From Antedon mediterranea (lineage: Eukaryota; Animalia; Echinodermata), in contig NC_092677.1 in NCBI RefSeq assembly GCF_964355755.1, positions 6,966,101-7,030,100 on the forward strand: a stretch of DNA of 64,000 nucleotides, written 5' to 3'. A program made the translations under genes and the position numbers. The notes beneath the pieces are model-generated. The model ran no database searches. It saw nothing but the letters and a program-made list of their open reading frames with translations, and was not told where the DNA came from. How positions within the stretch are numbered: position 1 is the stretch's first letter; each line of letters starts with the position of its first letter. Shown here piece by piece: positions 37,901 through 52,100 of the stretch.

Positions 37901-40489
37901 AAAATCCACGAAAAGGTTTTGAAAGAGTTGCTCTTTTCAGAGACTGCACATGTGTTACTTAATATTTGTGTATATCTTTATATCAGGTGGCAGTAATGGC
38001 CCGTTTCTCTGTGGTAAAGAGACAACATATGAGGGCGGTATGCGTGAACCGACTATTGCTTGGTGGCCAGGAAAGATTTCTGCTGGAAAAGTAAGATAAC
38101 TATAAGCCAGTTGCCATTAACTAGAAAATATTGATAATTCAATGTAGATTTATTATATGTAATTATAATAATTAGGCTATAATCTTAACTAAGCCATCAG
38201 CATATATCTAGTGGTATGTATCTTTTTCATTGATTTTTGCCAAATTTCAGACTAATGACTATTCAATTTATTTTAAAAGGTCAGCCATCAACTTGGTAGT
38301 GTTATGGATATTTTCAGTACAGTTCTGGACATAGTTGGGATTGATGCACCCACTGACCGAATCTATGATGGTCGATCTCTGCTACCAGCTCTACTAGACG
38401 GTCAGATCGACTCTAAAAAGGCAATATTTTATTACCGTGGAAATGAAATGATGGCAGTTAGACAAGGACTATACAAGGCTCATTATTGGACATGGACAAA
38501 TTCTATTAGTGAATTCATTAAGGTATAAATGAAATACCCAAAACATAGAGGTTGCTATGTTTTCTTTTAATACAACCAAACCTAGAGAAAATTATTTAAA
38601 AAAGATATCTGGCATGAGAATATAATATAAATAGGTATTCTGTTGTATCATATTTCCACCTTTATTTAACCAAAAGGATCCAGTTGTAGAGATGGTAAAT
38701 TTAATATTTTGTTTTATATCCAAAACAAATTGGAAGAATTTCACTTTGGGAGGTCTCTTTTTATTATGTATAGAAGCACATGTGGCCAAGGATTACCAAT
38801 AGTAAATTAATCACTATCCTACAATAATACATTGTTATTTCAATTTGATTGCACATAAAGTATCAATTTGTTTTTTTCTTACATCAGGGTATCAACTTTT
38901 GTAGAGGAGAAAATGTCACTGGTGTAATGACACACGAACAAACGAATCACACTGCACAACCACTTCTGTTTCATCTAGGCCGAGATCCCGGTGAAAAATA
39001 TCCTATTAAGTAAGGGTTTGATATATATATAAACTTTATTTATTCACAAGACTGATGTGCAGTACAACTTGTTCAATCAATATTGATTGTTTTTACACAA
39101 GTTTGTGATATTTATCTGCATGTTTTTTAATCATACAGGGTCAGATTTAAAAAATTAGTTACTTAAGTCTGTTTTAAAGATAACTTAAACAAATATATTT
39201 TTACATTTTCTTCAATATTATACATTTTTCACACCTGCAAAAAGTAACAAGTCGCACCAGGTTTGCATAGTGTGAAGACAATTTTGTGGAAAATCTCCAT
39301 CTGTGAAATCTTGGGAGACACACACACCGATGAGAGACCTGGTTTTTAATTCTGAGATTGTGTTACTGTATGCGCATATTGCCCTGATTTTAAACTGACC
39401 AATCATAGAAATCAAATAGCGTGCAACTATGCTTTTTCCTGAGATTTCTCACGGTTCGCGTATGCATGCATGAAAATGTGTAACAAATCGGGAGATCAAA
39501 CCTGGTTACAACTTGTTACAAGTTGTAACAATTTATGCAGGGACATTAGAGGACAAATTCCATCCCATAAGATAAAAAAAATACACTGGTTTGATAAATA
39601 AAGCCTTAGTTTTTCACTTAAGCAATTCTTAATTAACTGGATTGTAATGTGTTCTCTTCTCTGGAAAATAGACTAAAATATCAGTTTTGACTAGCATCCC
39701 AATAATTTGTTTCTTAGAAACAGTAGTAGGGAAACCCCCAATTCCTCAAACATACAGACCTGAATTACAGTATAAATCTCACTTAATAGTACTACAGTAT
39801 ATAATCTGACTTTATTTTAAAGTGAATAATTTTTCTTTAATATGATAATAACATAATCCTTATAAATCAGGTCAACAAGTACAGAATACAAGCAGGCCAT
39901 AGTTGATATTATAAGTGTTGTTGCAGACCACAAGGCCAATCTGAAGCCAGGAACCCCTCAGCTTAATGTGTGCGATAATGCAGTGATGGTAAGTACAATG
40001 ATGCTGCCAAATATTTATAAATAATGTTTTTCCATCATGTGATAGTTAACTCACTACATTAAATCCTACATGATTCACTATTGATATTTCACATTAAAAT
40101 TGAAAAAAAAGAAGAAAATCCAGTGCAGAATTTCTTTCCCTTTTCCAATAAATAAATATTTGTAATTTTATTTTAACATTTATGTTAGCTGATTCTCGCT
40201 GCATATGTATCCGGTAGGCCGGTATCATAGGCCATAAGCCGTAATAATTTAAGTTTGATAGTAAAAATACTTTAATAAATAATGAATAATAATAAGGAAT
40301 GGAAGGACAATACACAATATATTTATTATTATAGTATCGTGATCCTATCTGATTCTTAAAGTGTCATTTCTTAAAATTATTTAATTTTTTTTACTTTTTC
40401 AGAACTGGGCTCCACCGGGTTGTGATAAAATAAATCGTTGTTTAAAGGCACCTGCATCTAACCCAAAAAAATGTACCTGGCCTCATTAA
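34901..40489 (+). CDS. GALNS: N-acetylgalactosamine-6-sulfatase, 10 exons per isoform, ~514 aa
   Basis: Exons 34901-34999, 35620-35743, 36079-36256, 36477-36681, [37073-37337 or 37384-37648], 37987-38090, 38280-38522, 38888-39009, 39871-39988, 40403-40489 (1545 nt). Signal peptide, MDDMGWGD, formylglycine motif [43 protein letters not shown]...KCTWPH*. Confidence 0.95.
37073..37337 (+). CDS. GALNS: GALNS mutually exclusive exon 5a
   Basis: 265 nt, AAAG| acceptor, |GTGAGT donor; EGLKFIEK...[12 protein letters not shown]...[13 protein letters not shown]. Confidence 0.88.
37384..37648 (+). CDS. GALNS: GALNS mutually exclusive exon 5b
   Basis: 265 nt, TTTACAG| acceptor, |GTACAC donor; EALVFIEK...[12 protein letters not shown]...[13 protein letters not shown]; open frame, same phases as 5a. 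Confidence 0.85.
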
Positions 40490-43400
40490 TGAAAGAGGAA
40501 CGAATGACTTACCTCATGTATAAACAGTACTGTGTTATTATAATGTATTATTCATAATTATATATATTATAAATGAAATACAAATATATTTGGTAGCTTC
40601 CATTTAAGTATTAAGCTTGGTTCACGCTGGGACGCAACGTCCTAGATGCAAATGCAACACAAGTAATTTGACCTATCATGACATGAAAACTAAGAATTAA
40701 GATATCTAATTCTCCGTCTACACTGGTTGGGAAAAGAAGTATGATGTGCCAAAATATGTTGTATTACGCTATCGTGTCCATATATGAGCATATCACATAA
40801 AGTTTGATAGTGTAGACAGAGCTTTAGTTTCCTAGACTGTAGATGTAGTAGGTCTTAGAATTCTTGGCTTGATTTGTCTAATTACATGCGTTCTACTTAT
40901 GTTCTTGCCAGCGTATTCTTTATAATAGGAAAGTAAATACAGTATATATTTTATATTCTTTTCTTCTTTTCAGGGTCGAGGAATGGTGGGGTGGCGGGCT
41001 GGGTTAATGGTTTTTACTAAGTTTGTGACCAGAATATCAAATCATAACATATTGTAAAAACAATAAAATAAAGTTTCACTAAATACAGTTTTAAGTGTAA
41101 AAGTATAATAACCATAAGGGTACTTAATGATAATTGTGTTATTCCAAAGCAATATACTTTTGTTCCATGGGAGATTTTTCTGTTTCAGTTTCTGCTGTGT
41201 GAAATAAATCTGAAACAGATTTTTCCATGAGGGTTTCCTTGCAAATTAATCTTTCATAATGTTTATAAATTTGTATTATGGTACAGTTTAAAGGAGAACT
41301 GTGTAAATGTAAATTTTTTAAATCGAAATTTCCACGTCAACTTTAGGAAAGTAAAATGTATACATAAAAGCAATATAAAACTTGTGCAAAATAACAGTAA
41401 TATTTTGTTATAAAGAGATTTGTGTACAAAAATACAAAAACAACTGAAATAAACTAGATATTAAGATAAAGATATGTATTTATATCTTATTGGAAAATTC
41501 CAATTATATTTCTGTAACTAAAAAAAAGACTAATAGGGCCTACATAATATAGGCCTGTAATGCATTGCATTGTCCTACTATATCCGTAATTTGTAAAGGT
41601 AACAACGATGTATTGTCATTTTTAAACAACATGGTAAAAATTGATTTCCATATCCATTCATTCATTCACGTTCCGATTGTCTTGTGAAATCTACAGTACT
41701 GGTGTGCTGGGTTTTTTCTATTCTGATAAATATAACATCTGATTTAACTTGGTTACATCATTTTTCTAATATGTTTGTGACATTAAACATTTTTTAAACT
41801 TTTAAAAATTATACTTTGGTTATGGGTTATTTGAACGGATATTTTTGGTTTTTTTTCGGTTATACAGAAATCATGGTGAAATTTAGAAAGCATAGTTTAT
41901 TATTATAATACATAGTACTATGTATTAATTTAAGTAAGTTTTGAACACTTAGTAAAAATTCCTGAATGATTTGTATATTCAACTTTTATTGCCACACAAA
42001 ATAATAATATATAAATATATATTTTTAACAAATTGCAGCATGGCAATAGGAGGTTTAAAAAATAGTTTAACCCCCTTTACAAATATAAATTACAAAAAAA
42101 TACAGGTGAAATTGAAAAGAAGAAGATTGTACAATCTAATGTCAACTTTTGAGCTGATTTTCGACATCTACGTTTTTTTTTTCATGTTTCAGAATACATA
42201 CAAGAACTATAACAGAAAAAAAGTAGTAACAAATTCCTAGATTAGAAAAAATGAAAAAATGTAGTAACAAATTCCTAGATTATTATTAAATAGATTAAGA
42301 CATTACAACTTTGTCGGTAAAACAATAATTCCATTATACACTGAGAATTCGGCATACGTAGACACATGACAAGATAATTGGACCAAAGCAGTTGTTAGAT
42401 TGCCTCAACCAAGATGATATTTCTTTTACAAAAAATACAAAAACAAGATTTACAAAAAATACAAAAACAAGAACATTTTATATTTTTGATGTTTGTATGT
42501 ACTCATTAAAGATTGCTCACTGGGCTAATAAATAAATAAATAAATATTTCTTTACTATGTACATTCCATTTCAATTGTTTTGTGATATCTTAATAATATT
42601 CAATAGTAAAATCATGATAAATATCACTATTGTATATTTTTTATTCCCAAATTGGGTAATATTTTCATTTATGTTAATTTTTATAACATTTTTGTAATAA
42701 ATATTTGTGTTCATATTCATGTTATTATTTGAATTCAACATTGGTTTGGGATTTGTATTGATAATGTAACGTTTCCATTTCGAAATAAAAATGTAAAACA
42801 TCTTTCGTTTTGAGTGCATACAAACGCATACAAATGTTGCCGCAAATGAAGGGAAAGAAGTCTAAATACGGCGGATTAAATACAGGTACAACGCTTTAGT
42901 TATGTATATATTATATACAATGTTGAAGATTTATTTATATCTATATTTTTTTTTATACCAATAGGCCAATGCATAGTAGGCCTATGCAATATGCCATTCT
43001 AATGTCACATATGCTAATGGTTATTCACTTTGACCAAAATTATTAAATGTAAGCGAAAAAAAAATATATTCACCTGAAAACTAAAGCAATCAAAAATGTC
43101 AAATTGTCTGTCGGAGACAATTTGGTTTTTGATTTTTGGGTAAATTTAAATCAATGTTTTTACTCTTTTTTCTACGTAAGTGAATAACTTTAACTGCAAA
43201 ATCGCCTTTCGAAGTCTGATTTTATCAATCTTCATTTTTTCAATGTTTATGAGGACAATAGAGATATTATAAGTTATCAGTGAGTTATCCATTGTGAATA
43301 TGTCCAACAAAAACCATAACAGTCTTTGATATTAAAATAATAATATAGGCCTACATATGATTTACCAGTAGACATTTTATTTTGATTCTCTTGGAATACA

Positions 43401-43647
43401 GTTCTTCCTGGATCGTATTATAATATTAAACAACCAAATACATTTTTCACCAATCTCAAGTGAAAAATTGATGGTTCGAGAGCAAAACCTATTATTTTTA
43501 TTTTTTCCCCGCAAGAATGAGCAGCAATAAAAAGGTATACAACATTACAATAATGAAAATGGCTTACAATGCCATCATTGAATAAATTACTGTGTAAATG
43601 TCATGGAATAGTACTGTGTACATGGCAGTGCCAATTTTTATTATTGT

Positions 43648-44458
43648 ATTATTAATTATTTTCATAGTAACCGTTGCTAACTACTCCTACATCATATACG
43701 AATTCTCATCACAAATCATCACTCGTCTCATCATTCTAAAAAAAAAAAGAATTGACTACTTTTAGCTAAAAACTGTTTACATCATCGGTACAAAACTGAA
43801 GTTTAACTCATATATTTAGGAAAACTTTCGGGATCCAACAATCCAACAGTCACCCCCCGACCTAATCGTTGGTATATAGGCCTCTGTCAATAACAATATA
43901 TTCATTTTGTTTGAAATATTTATTTTCTTAAATTCGTTCACATTATTCTTCATACTCGTGAATCAATGTCGGTAATAGCCCAACCCCACAACTACTGGTG
44001 CTATCATAGCAGAATCGTATTTTCATTAACAAATTGATTCGGTATGGTGTTTTTCCATTTCGTTTTTCTTTCTTTTCTTTTTTTGCTGGCTCAGTTCCAT
44101 AAAGCCCTAAAGCCATGTTATGGAAAAAGGATCACTGTTGTTGTGCTGTGACAATAATACTGAAAACAAATTGAAGCATTATTAATTATTTTCATAGTAA
44201 CCGTTGCTAACTACTCCTACATCATATACGAATTCTCATCACAAATCATCACTCGTCTCATCATTCTCAAACAAAAAGAATTGACTCACTTTTAGCTAAA
44301 AACTGTTTACATCATCGGTACAAAACTGCAGTTTAACTCATATATTTAGGAAAACTTTCGGGATCCAACAATCCAACAGTCACCCCTCGACCTTAATCGT
44401 TGGTATATAGGCCTCTGTCAATAACAATATATTCATTTTGTTTGAAACATTTATTTCT
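43648..44458. repeat. ~280-bp direct duplication, copies 43648-43928 and 44178-44458
   Basis: Near-identical copies 530 bp apart with a few substitutions and indels. Confidence 0.92.
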
Positions 44459-44519
44459 TTCATTCATATTTGAGTAAAAAAACATTATAATTTCTGATAT
44501 TTTATAAATAAATATATAT

Positions 44520-45197
44520 TTTTTTTTTTAGAGATATAGGCCTAATACAGTAAATCATAATGTATAAAAAGATGATTCAGTTATATACAAAATGAAAGAG
44601 GCAAAAAACCCCAAGAAAGTATCGATCAATTGGAAACAAAAATCCAATTGAAACTTGTATGTTGGGAAGCCATGTAAGAAGATTATATACTTATATATAT
44701 AAATGTAAACATATAACTACACATACACATATAGATCAACAGACACACACACACACACCAACAGAAAAGGAAGCAATTTCGAAAAAGTTTCTAAAGTTAA
44801 AAAAATATTACAAAATAGAGAAAACAATATAGTTATAATTTGAATTTGAAATAAGATATTCTTTAAGTTTAAAAGAGAACATTTTGCTAGAAGACGATGA
44901 TGAAATTTCGGGAGGTAGATTATTGAATAGTTTAGAACCACTATAGCGAATGTTATGTTTCATTTTAGTTAGTTTAGGTTGAGGAAGATGAAGGTCCCGT
45001 GATGCTCTTGTGTTATACGAATGGATTTCAGAGTTAGTTAAAAAATTACAGGAAAAGTTAGAAGGCAGTTTGGAATTAATATGTTCATAAACGAAAATGC
45101 ATTGTTGGAGTTTATTAATATCGTGCACAGTTAAGAGTTTAAGGTTATAAAAAAGGATATTAGTATGAGCAAGACGTGAGTTGGCATCAAATGGCAT
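44520..45197 (-). mobile_element. 5'-truncated L2/CR1-group LINE (ORF2 C-terminus plus 3'UTR)
   Basis: AHTNILFYNLKLL...HSYNTR...RYSGSKLFNNLP...FSFKLKEYL is typical of L2/CR1-group ORF2 ends; A-rich tail near 44520. The 3' boundary is approximate. Confidence 0.8.
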
Positions 45198-45959
45198 GTT
45201 TCCAATTCAAATAAAAAACCGGATACCGTATTTTTTTACCAATGATATTTTGCCTTTAGAAATTGGTCGTATAGTCGAACCACAACAAAAGAATAACGGT
45301 AACAAATTGTTAATAATTATTTTTTAATCGCCAAAAGTACATAAATAATTCTAACATAATTTTAGTTTAGGAAAATATCTACAGAAAATCGTACTTTATC
45401 AGGCTTACGTCCACGTTTCTAGTGAACAGCAAAAAAAAAATAAATAAAAAAAATAAAATAAAAAAAAATTTTATATTTAAAAAATATTTGTTCAATAATT
45501 ACATAAAGCAATCAGTAATATTAAATATGCGTTCTTGTTTGCGTTCATCCGTTAAGGTATGATTTAAACCACCCTGTTATTGAATTTTTAAGGCCTCCAC
45601 ACCTCTCACATTATTTTACAAAATAATAGCTATGCGCACTCTAATTATTTATCTTAGCCACCTACGCTAATAAATTTACGCTGTAATAACAATAATTAAT
45701 ATATAAAGTCCTAAAAATAAAGACCCGTATCGATATTAACCTATATATTTTTGTAGTAGGCCTAGCCTTGGATTCATGAACGGATATGATGTTAATAATA
45801 TCAATTTATTCATGGAACGCAAAACGGATCAAAGAGAAGATCCAAAAAATTACATTGCGCAATGGAAAATAACCGCTTATTTAAATAATATACGTTATTT
45901 TTGGACTCTGGGGGAACTTTCCCTATTATCAATTATTATGCATAATGAGTTACGACGTG

Positions 45960-46065
45960 TAATGACGTCAATTGTATTTGAAAAGCACCGATTGGTGAAT
46001 GGTGATGTAATGTCACACAGCCAATAAAAATGGCCGAAAGCTAAATTGTAGAGAATAAACCAATG
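45960..46065 (+). promoter_or_regulatory. Putative NFAT proximal promoter: CRE plus three CCAAT boxes
   Basis: TGACGTCA 45963-45970; ATTGG ~45991, CCAAT 46021 and CCAAT 46060, all 110-210 bp upstream of the ATG. Confidence 0.55.
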
Positions 46066-46170
46066 AAAATCCGTCCCTCGGCACATTCGTCTACAGATCG
46101 TCGAAGGAAGAAGTACGTATAGTTGATAACAGAAAATTTTCGGATAATCACGTTCTTCTGGATTGAAAAT

Positions 46171-49100
46171 ATGGATGCTTCATTATTTGAAGTCTCAAAT
46201 AATTGCTTGAGCTATCTAGATTCACCTGAAAGCTTGTATTCAAGTCAAGGTGCGTTTGTAAAAAATGGCTTGCCTTGTTGTTGGCCGCCATTTTTATGTT
46301 TTGTCTCTTATCGATCTGATCACGGGATCGAATGATGGCGGATTGATATTTGCAAGTTGAAAACTAGTTTTATTTTGTCAATGAAAGTAATTTAGAATTA
46401 AACAGAATGCTCTAATTTTGAGTAAATTATATCGTGTGAATTGTTTGTTATTTCTTCAACAATGTTAGGATGTTTTACATAAAATTATTAATGCTGGATA
46501 AAAGTAGTTCCATAAATACGATTACCTCCGAGTAGTAGTAAAATGTCGTCCCTAGGGCGTGTCCTTGTCACGTGACTATGCAATCGCGCGCATCATCGAG
46601 GCATGTGGTAATAATTTTTTATACAGTATAAATTTTTTGCTGTCAAGTCTAGCTGTACACCTAACTTGTTTTTTTAATATTTGAATATAATTTCACACAT
46701 TTATTATTGGAATAATGATGATAACAGATAAATAAGTGTGACAATAAGAAGACTTATTATAAACAATACAATGTGCTAACAATTTTTTAAAAATTTAGAT
46801 GGAACTGAAAAGATGAAAGAAAACAGATTTTTCCCACAGACTAATCCAAAGGATAATTGTAAGTCAACACATTTTCGTAAAGTTCAATCAAATTATTTGA
46901 TAGCTTATTTATTTTTAATGAATATTTTCTGTACTGTAGTTTATAAATAAAAAATATTTTTCAATTCTTAGATTCTTCATTACTGGATGTAGTTGGTATG
47001 GGTGAATCTATTATGATCGATTCGTTCCCGCACAATGCGGTTGGTTCTCCGTATCAGGAGAGCAACATATCATTTGATGAACTATCAAACTCTCCAGAGA
47101 GTTTTCATCCTGCAACGCCAATGAGCACTACAGAATCGGACATGTCGTCGGACTCACTTCCTCACAGTCCTGCACTAGAACTTCTCGACGAAGACACTGT
47201 GCAGTCTATTGTGTCGATGATTGGGGAGTCTCTCAGCCCAATCTCGCCAACAAACAAACGACCATTTCAGGTTTTTGAGCAGACACCTGTACCATCAAAA
47301 AAGGCCAGAGTGCAGTCTCCAACCATAAGCCCTAAATCTGAAACAAAGTTCAACTTTACACAGTCTCAAACTGGGTTCAGAGAGGATTCGAAAGCAGCCT
47401 CCATTGTAGCCAGGCTAGCTGCAAAGTTATCTGCATCAAATGAAAATGTGCAAGAAACCAAAAAGTAATTATTAGTATATTATATTGATTCAAATTAATG
47501 ATATTATAGGTAGTAAATAAACTTATAAAAAGTGTACAGCATTTTAAATACAGAAATGAGTAATAGGACGACTTGGCACATCTGGACAGTTTAAACATAA
47601 TACTTTACATAAATGTTGTTTTTTTTGTCTCCCATTAGCTTGTTATTACCATCAAAGTTGAAGCAGAAGAAGTTACCAAACTTGAACTTTTGCCCACCAA
47701 GCAAAGAAGATAAGATAGAGTTAAGCATCACATGTCAGCCCGAGAAACAACACAGAGCAAGATACTTAACAGAGGGCAGCAGAGGTTGTGTAAAAGATGA
47801 AAGTCAGCTGGATTACCCATCATTAAAGGTAAGATTGATACATTCAGCAAGTTTCAACAAAGAATACATGTTAAGGTTAAACATGAATCACATGTGATGT
47901 CATGATCTTAACTTGTACAGGTGCCACATATGATACATTAACATTGTATTACAGAATGTGCTTATAATGTTGGAAAGTGGAAATGCAGTAAATAAAGAAC
48001 ATTGTTTTCTTTTAGATGACTGGATGTGTGCAACCAGTAACCTTACAAGTGTTTGTTGGCACAGATCATCAAAAAGTAAAGCCACATGGTTACTACCAGG
48101 CATGTAAGGTGTACGGCAGGACAACAACACCATGTACAGAGGAAGATGTCAGCGGCACAACAGTAATTGAAATTCCATGGGAGCCCAGTGATGACAAAAT
48201 GGAGATTTTGTAAGTACAATTAACTTGTGACTAGGCTAGTGAATTGGTAGCAGTATTGTTTGTTCAACCATGCAGCTAGGCCTTCTGATCAGGGCTATTA
48301 TTTTGCCTAGTATGATGTGTAGTATATAAAGCAAGGAAGTTCAAACGGAAGTGAATAGAGAATGTCTTGGTAGCAAGCAGGCATGACAAGCAAGACATTT
48401 GCTTTGTGCCTGAACTATGGTGACAAAACCCATAGATTTGTGGCTTGCCCTTGGGCACATGACCAGTAAACCCAAAACTTCTTTGTGCTGAATAAAATAA
48501 AAGATATGAATTGAAAATTGTTTTTGTAGTGTTGATTGTGTTGGCATTTTGAAGTTGAGGAATGCCGATGTGGAAAAGCGAATCGGTCTTGCAAGGTGCA
48601 AGAGGAAGAGTACAAATGTTCGATTAGTATTCCGTGTGAACATTCCCAGACCCAATGGCAGCATTTTGACACTACAAGTTGCATCCAGGTCCATCTCATG
48701 TAGTAAGTAAAAGTGACTCTTTATAATATAATAATAATTTTTTAGTTGGCTTGTAACTTTAAATATTACTTTACACAATAACCAGGAGTGAGAATAGTTA
48801 AACGCCCAAATAGATTTTAGGTTCCATCCATTTAAATAAATGATCATATCTTTTTCTAGCCCAACCATTGGGACACCCAGAAATCACAAAAAGAAGCTGC
48901 AGTAGCTGTTCAGTAAAGGGTGGTGAAGATCTGTTCATCATTGGCAAAAACTTCATCAACAAGACGACGGAGGTAAAAATCCAGGAAAGGCATCCAAATG
49001 GAACAGTGATATGGGAAGGCGATTGCAAGATTGACAAATCATTATTCCATGGAGTAAGTTTTAGTATCTAGAATTAGAACTTGGCTTTGCTTTCTCTATT

Positions 49101-52100
49101 TTAGGTGACGAGAAATTAGTCATTCACATTGTTTGGTTGCAATGTATTATAACAAATATTTGTTTTGTTTAGACCCACATTGTTTGCAGCATACCACCAT
49201 ATAAAGACCAGGATGTTGAACATGACATAGAGACCGTAATGTTGGTAACGAGTGGGCCGGGTAAATGCAGTGAGCTGCATTCTTTTACATATACACCGCT
49301 TCCAGGTAAGACTATCGTTTCTATGACTTGATTGTTTGGTTGTGGTTTGAGTTGTGGTCACCAGGGGATGTACCTGTTGGTGCCAAACAGACCTTGGTAC
49401 CTAATGACACTAATCTGGCTAAAAAGAACAACATTTTGCATAAACTATTTGTCAGGCTTGCCTCAATGATATAAATTTATTTTAAATCTATAAAACAATT
49501 TATAATTGATATTAAAAAATTACTATTCTACAAACAAATCAATAATATTTGGGTGGGAACTTTCAAATTTAATTCAAAAGTGTCAAACCAAGTTAATTTA
49601 ATCTGTATAAGAAGAGCATCAACGGGTCTCTCTGTTTCTGCTGAAATACTTTAAAATGTACGTTTTGGTAAGGTACATGTAAATAGCCAAAAAATCTGAC
49701 CGATAATAAATCAAATGTTGCTTAAATATTAATTTCAATTAACATGAAATAGAAAAAAATAAATAAATAAAACCAAGTGAATTTATAACTATTCAAAATA
49801 TAAAAGATTTTTATGAGTTTGTATGTACTTTACCAAATAAAAAATATATTTAAAAAACTGTATGTTCATTACAAATTTCAATTGGTTGGAAAATGATGTG
49901 ACAATGTACCAAATTGATATAATATAGTAATTAATTGAATACATTGCACGCATATAAATGCAGCATGCAATTAACAAATTCAGGTGATTGTGATTGCATG
50001 CGATAAATCTAAAATGAACTGCGTAGTTTTAAAATATATTTTTCTATGTATTCAGCAGATTCGTGTGATCTGAGATTTTGATTTTTAACATAACATGAAG
50101 TTTGTTAAAAAAAGATGACCATGCCTCAAATGCATAGTAGAAATCAGAAATCGTTAATACAATTAAGAACATTAATTAATTTATAATAATTCAAGATTTA
50201 CTGTGTCAGTAAACTAGTAAACTGCCTTGGTTAAAAAAGGACCTTGTCGCAGAAATAATCAAATTTAAATTTTAACTGGATTTCAGTTTTGAACTGCATT
50301 TTAGACATTGTGTAAACTATATATGTCATGACAAGTTAAAGCCACTGTCGTATGTACCAAATTTAGGTAAATAAATAATTCAATTTTTTGGATCATATTG
50401 AATATTCTATAATAAATAATACAATACAATGGCTTTTTCTTTATTGAAATGTATTTTGAGGGAGCTTTTGTTTGTCCTATTTGAAAAAGAAAATCTACTG
50501 AAATTTAACATTAAATTTAAGAGAACAATTGGCTAGTAAAAGTAATTAATAGATAAATGAATTAGAATATATCCAAATTTGAATTTAAATGTTGAAAGTT
50601 TCAGTAAGTTTTTAGTTTCAAATTGCAAGTCCCTAAAGTCTCTAGAAAAGTTAAAACTGGCAAATAGTATAGTAGCTAGAAGTGTATTTTTATACAGCAT
50701 TGATTCACAATGTTATAACCTTCAAATGTTTGTACCTCAATAAATCACTATACTACAAAATTATACTATAAATTTGTATTTATTTGTAATAATTTAGTTT
50801 GAATGTTCAAATTTGATAGAAATACATATTTATTCAAGTGCCAGGTTGGAACTCTTCTAGAAACTTAACATTTTTTGTTACCGATATATTTATGCTCCGT
50901 TCCCCGGGTCGGTGTCCTCTTTCTCCAGTGGGACGGGTCAATAGATTTACAGCAAAATTTGTTTTTCTTCAGATGTCAAAACCAAATGGACGCTTTTGCA
51001 CACTTTGTGCAGTGTAAGCGCAGCACTGGCACGTTAACATGCTTTGAAGGCTGTTAACGCTCGTCATGTTCCTGCGGATTTATGGTAGTACATCGGCAAC
51101 TGTTACTAGAGTACAGTACCGTCAATCTTTTATATTTAAAATCAAACCTCAATTCTTGATTCTATGCCTGCAAGGTGTAAAAATCCAATTGTAACTACAA
51201 TGTAAATGATAAGAAATAAGAGTCAAATTTACAGTTTCCAGTGTGGTAAACTGTGTCTAAAAAGCAACTAAAAATGATGTTCACCCTATATAAGCTGTTT
51301 GGCTTAGGTGACGTTATTGTACGAGCCAGATTAAACTCAATTCTTAATGGATTTGTCAGATGATATTTGGAAGTGGTTTCTTGGCTCTCCATACACATTC
51401 TACATTTATTAGCCAATATTATTATAAATTAGTAATGCTTTTTTGAAAACCGGTTTTTCGTTGTTATTGCAACTTTTAAAAACATTAAAACGTTTAGCAA
51501 TATATGTTTGTATTAGTTTAAGTTGTTTAACCCATGACATTTTTCCCCCAGGAAAGGTACGGACTTGCTGCCTGGAAGTCTGCAAACAACTTTTTCAATT
51601 TATTTCAGAATCATGAAGATAGAAGAAACCTGGTGTTCCCACAACGGATTGACAGACTTAACAGACTGCTTTCAACTGTTTGGTCAATCATTTCTAATCG
51701 AATAAAATTGTTAAAATTCAAATTTATAATTCACTATAAATTCCACTTTCACCACAATTTTATGAAAAACACGTGCAATTTTTTTAACAAATGTTAAACA
51801 GAGAAATACTATACTATATTTATTTAATATTATAGTACAATATTTTGTTTTTTGAATACTTCGGATAACACTTTCTGTAATAATTTTAAACCATATTTGT
51901 TTTCAAACATGCTTTTGCCCAATTCTGGAAACTGGACTCGCAATGATTAACGATTTCAGAACTATTTATCTTAGAGATAAAATATTTTCTGACTTTAATT
52001 TATCACAAGTTAAGTAAATAGTTATACAAGCGTTTGTCAAAGACTAGAGACCAGGCGAAGGAGGAAAGGCATAATTAAAATTTTATAATATTCGAAAACA

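Noticed and set aside
41200-45870. Autoregulatory NFAT/TonE sites (TGGAAA, including TGGAAAATTCCA at 41491)
   Set aside because: Short AT-rich motif; enrichment over background cannot be shown by eye.
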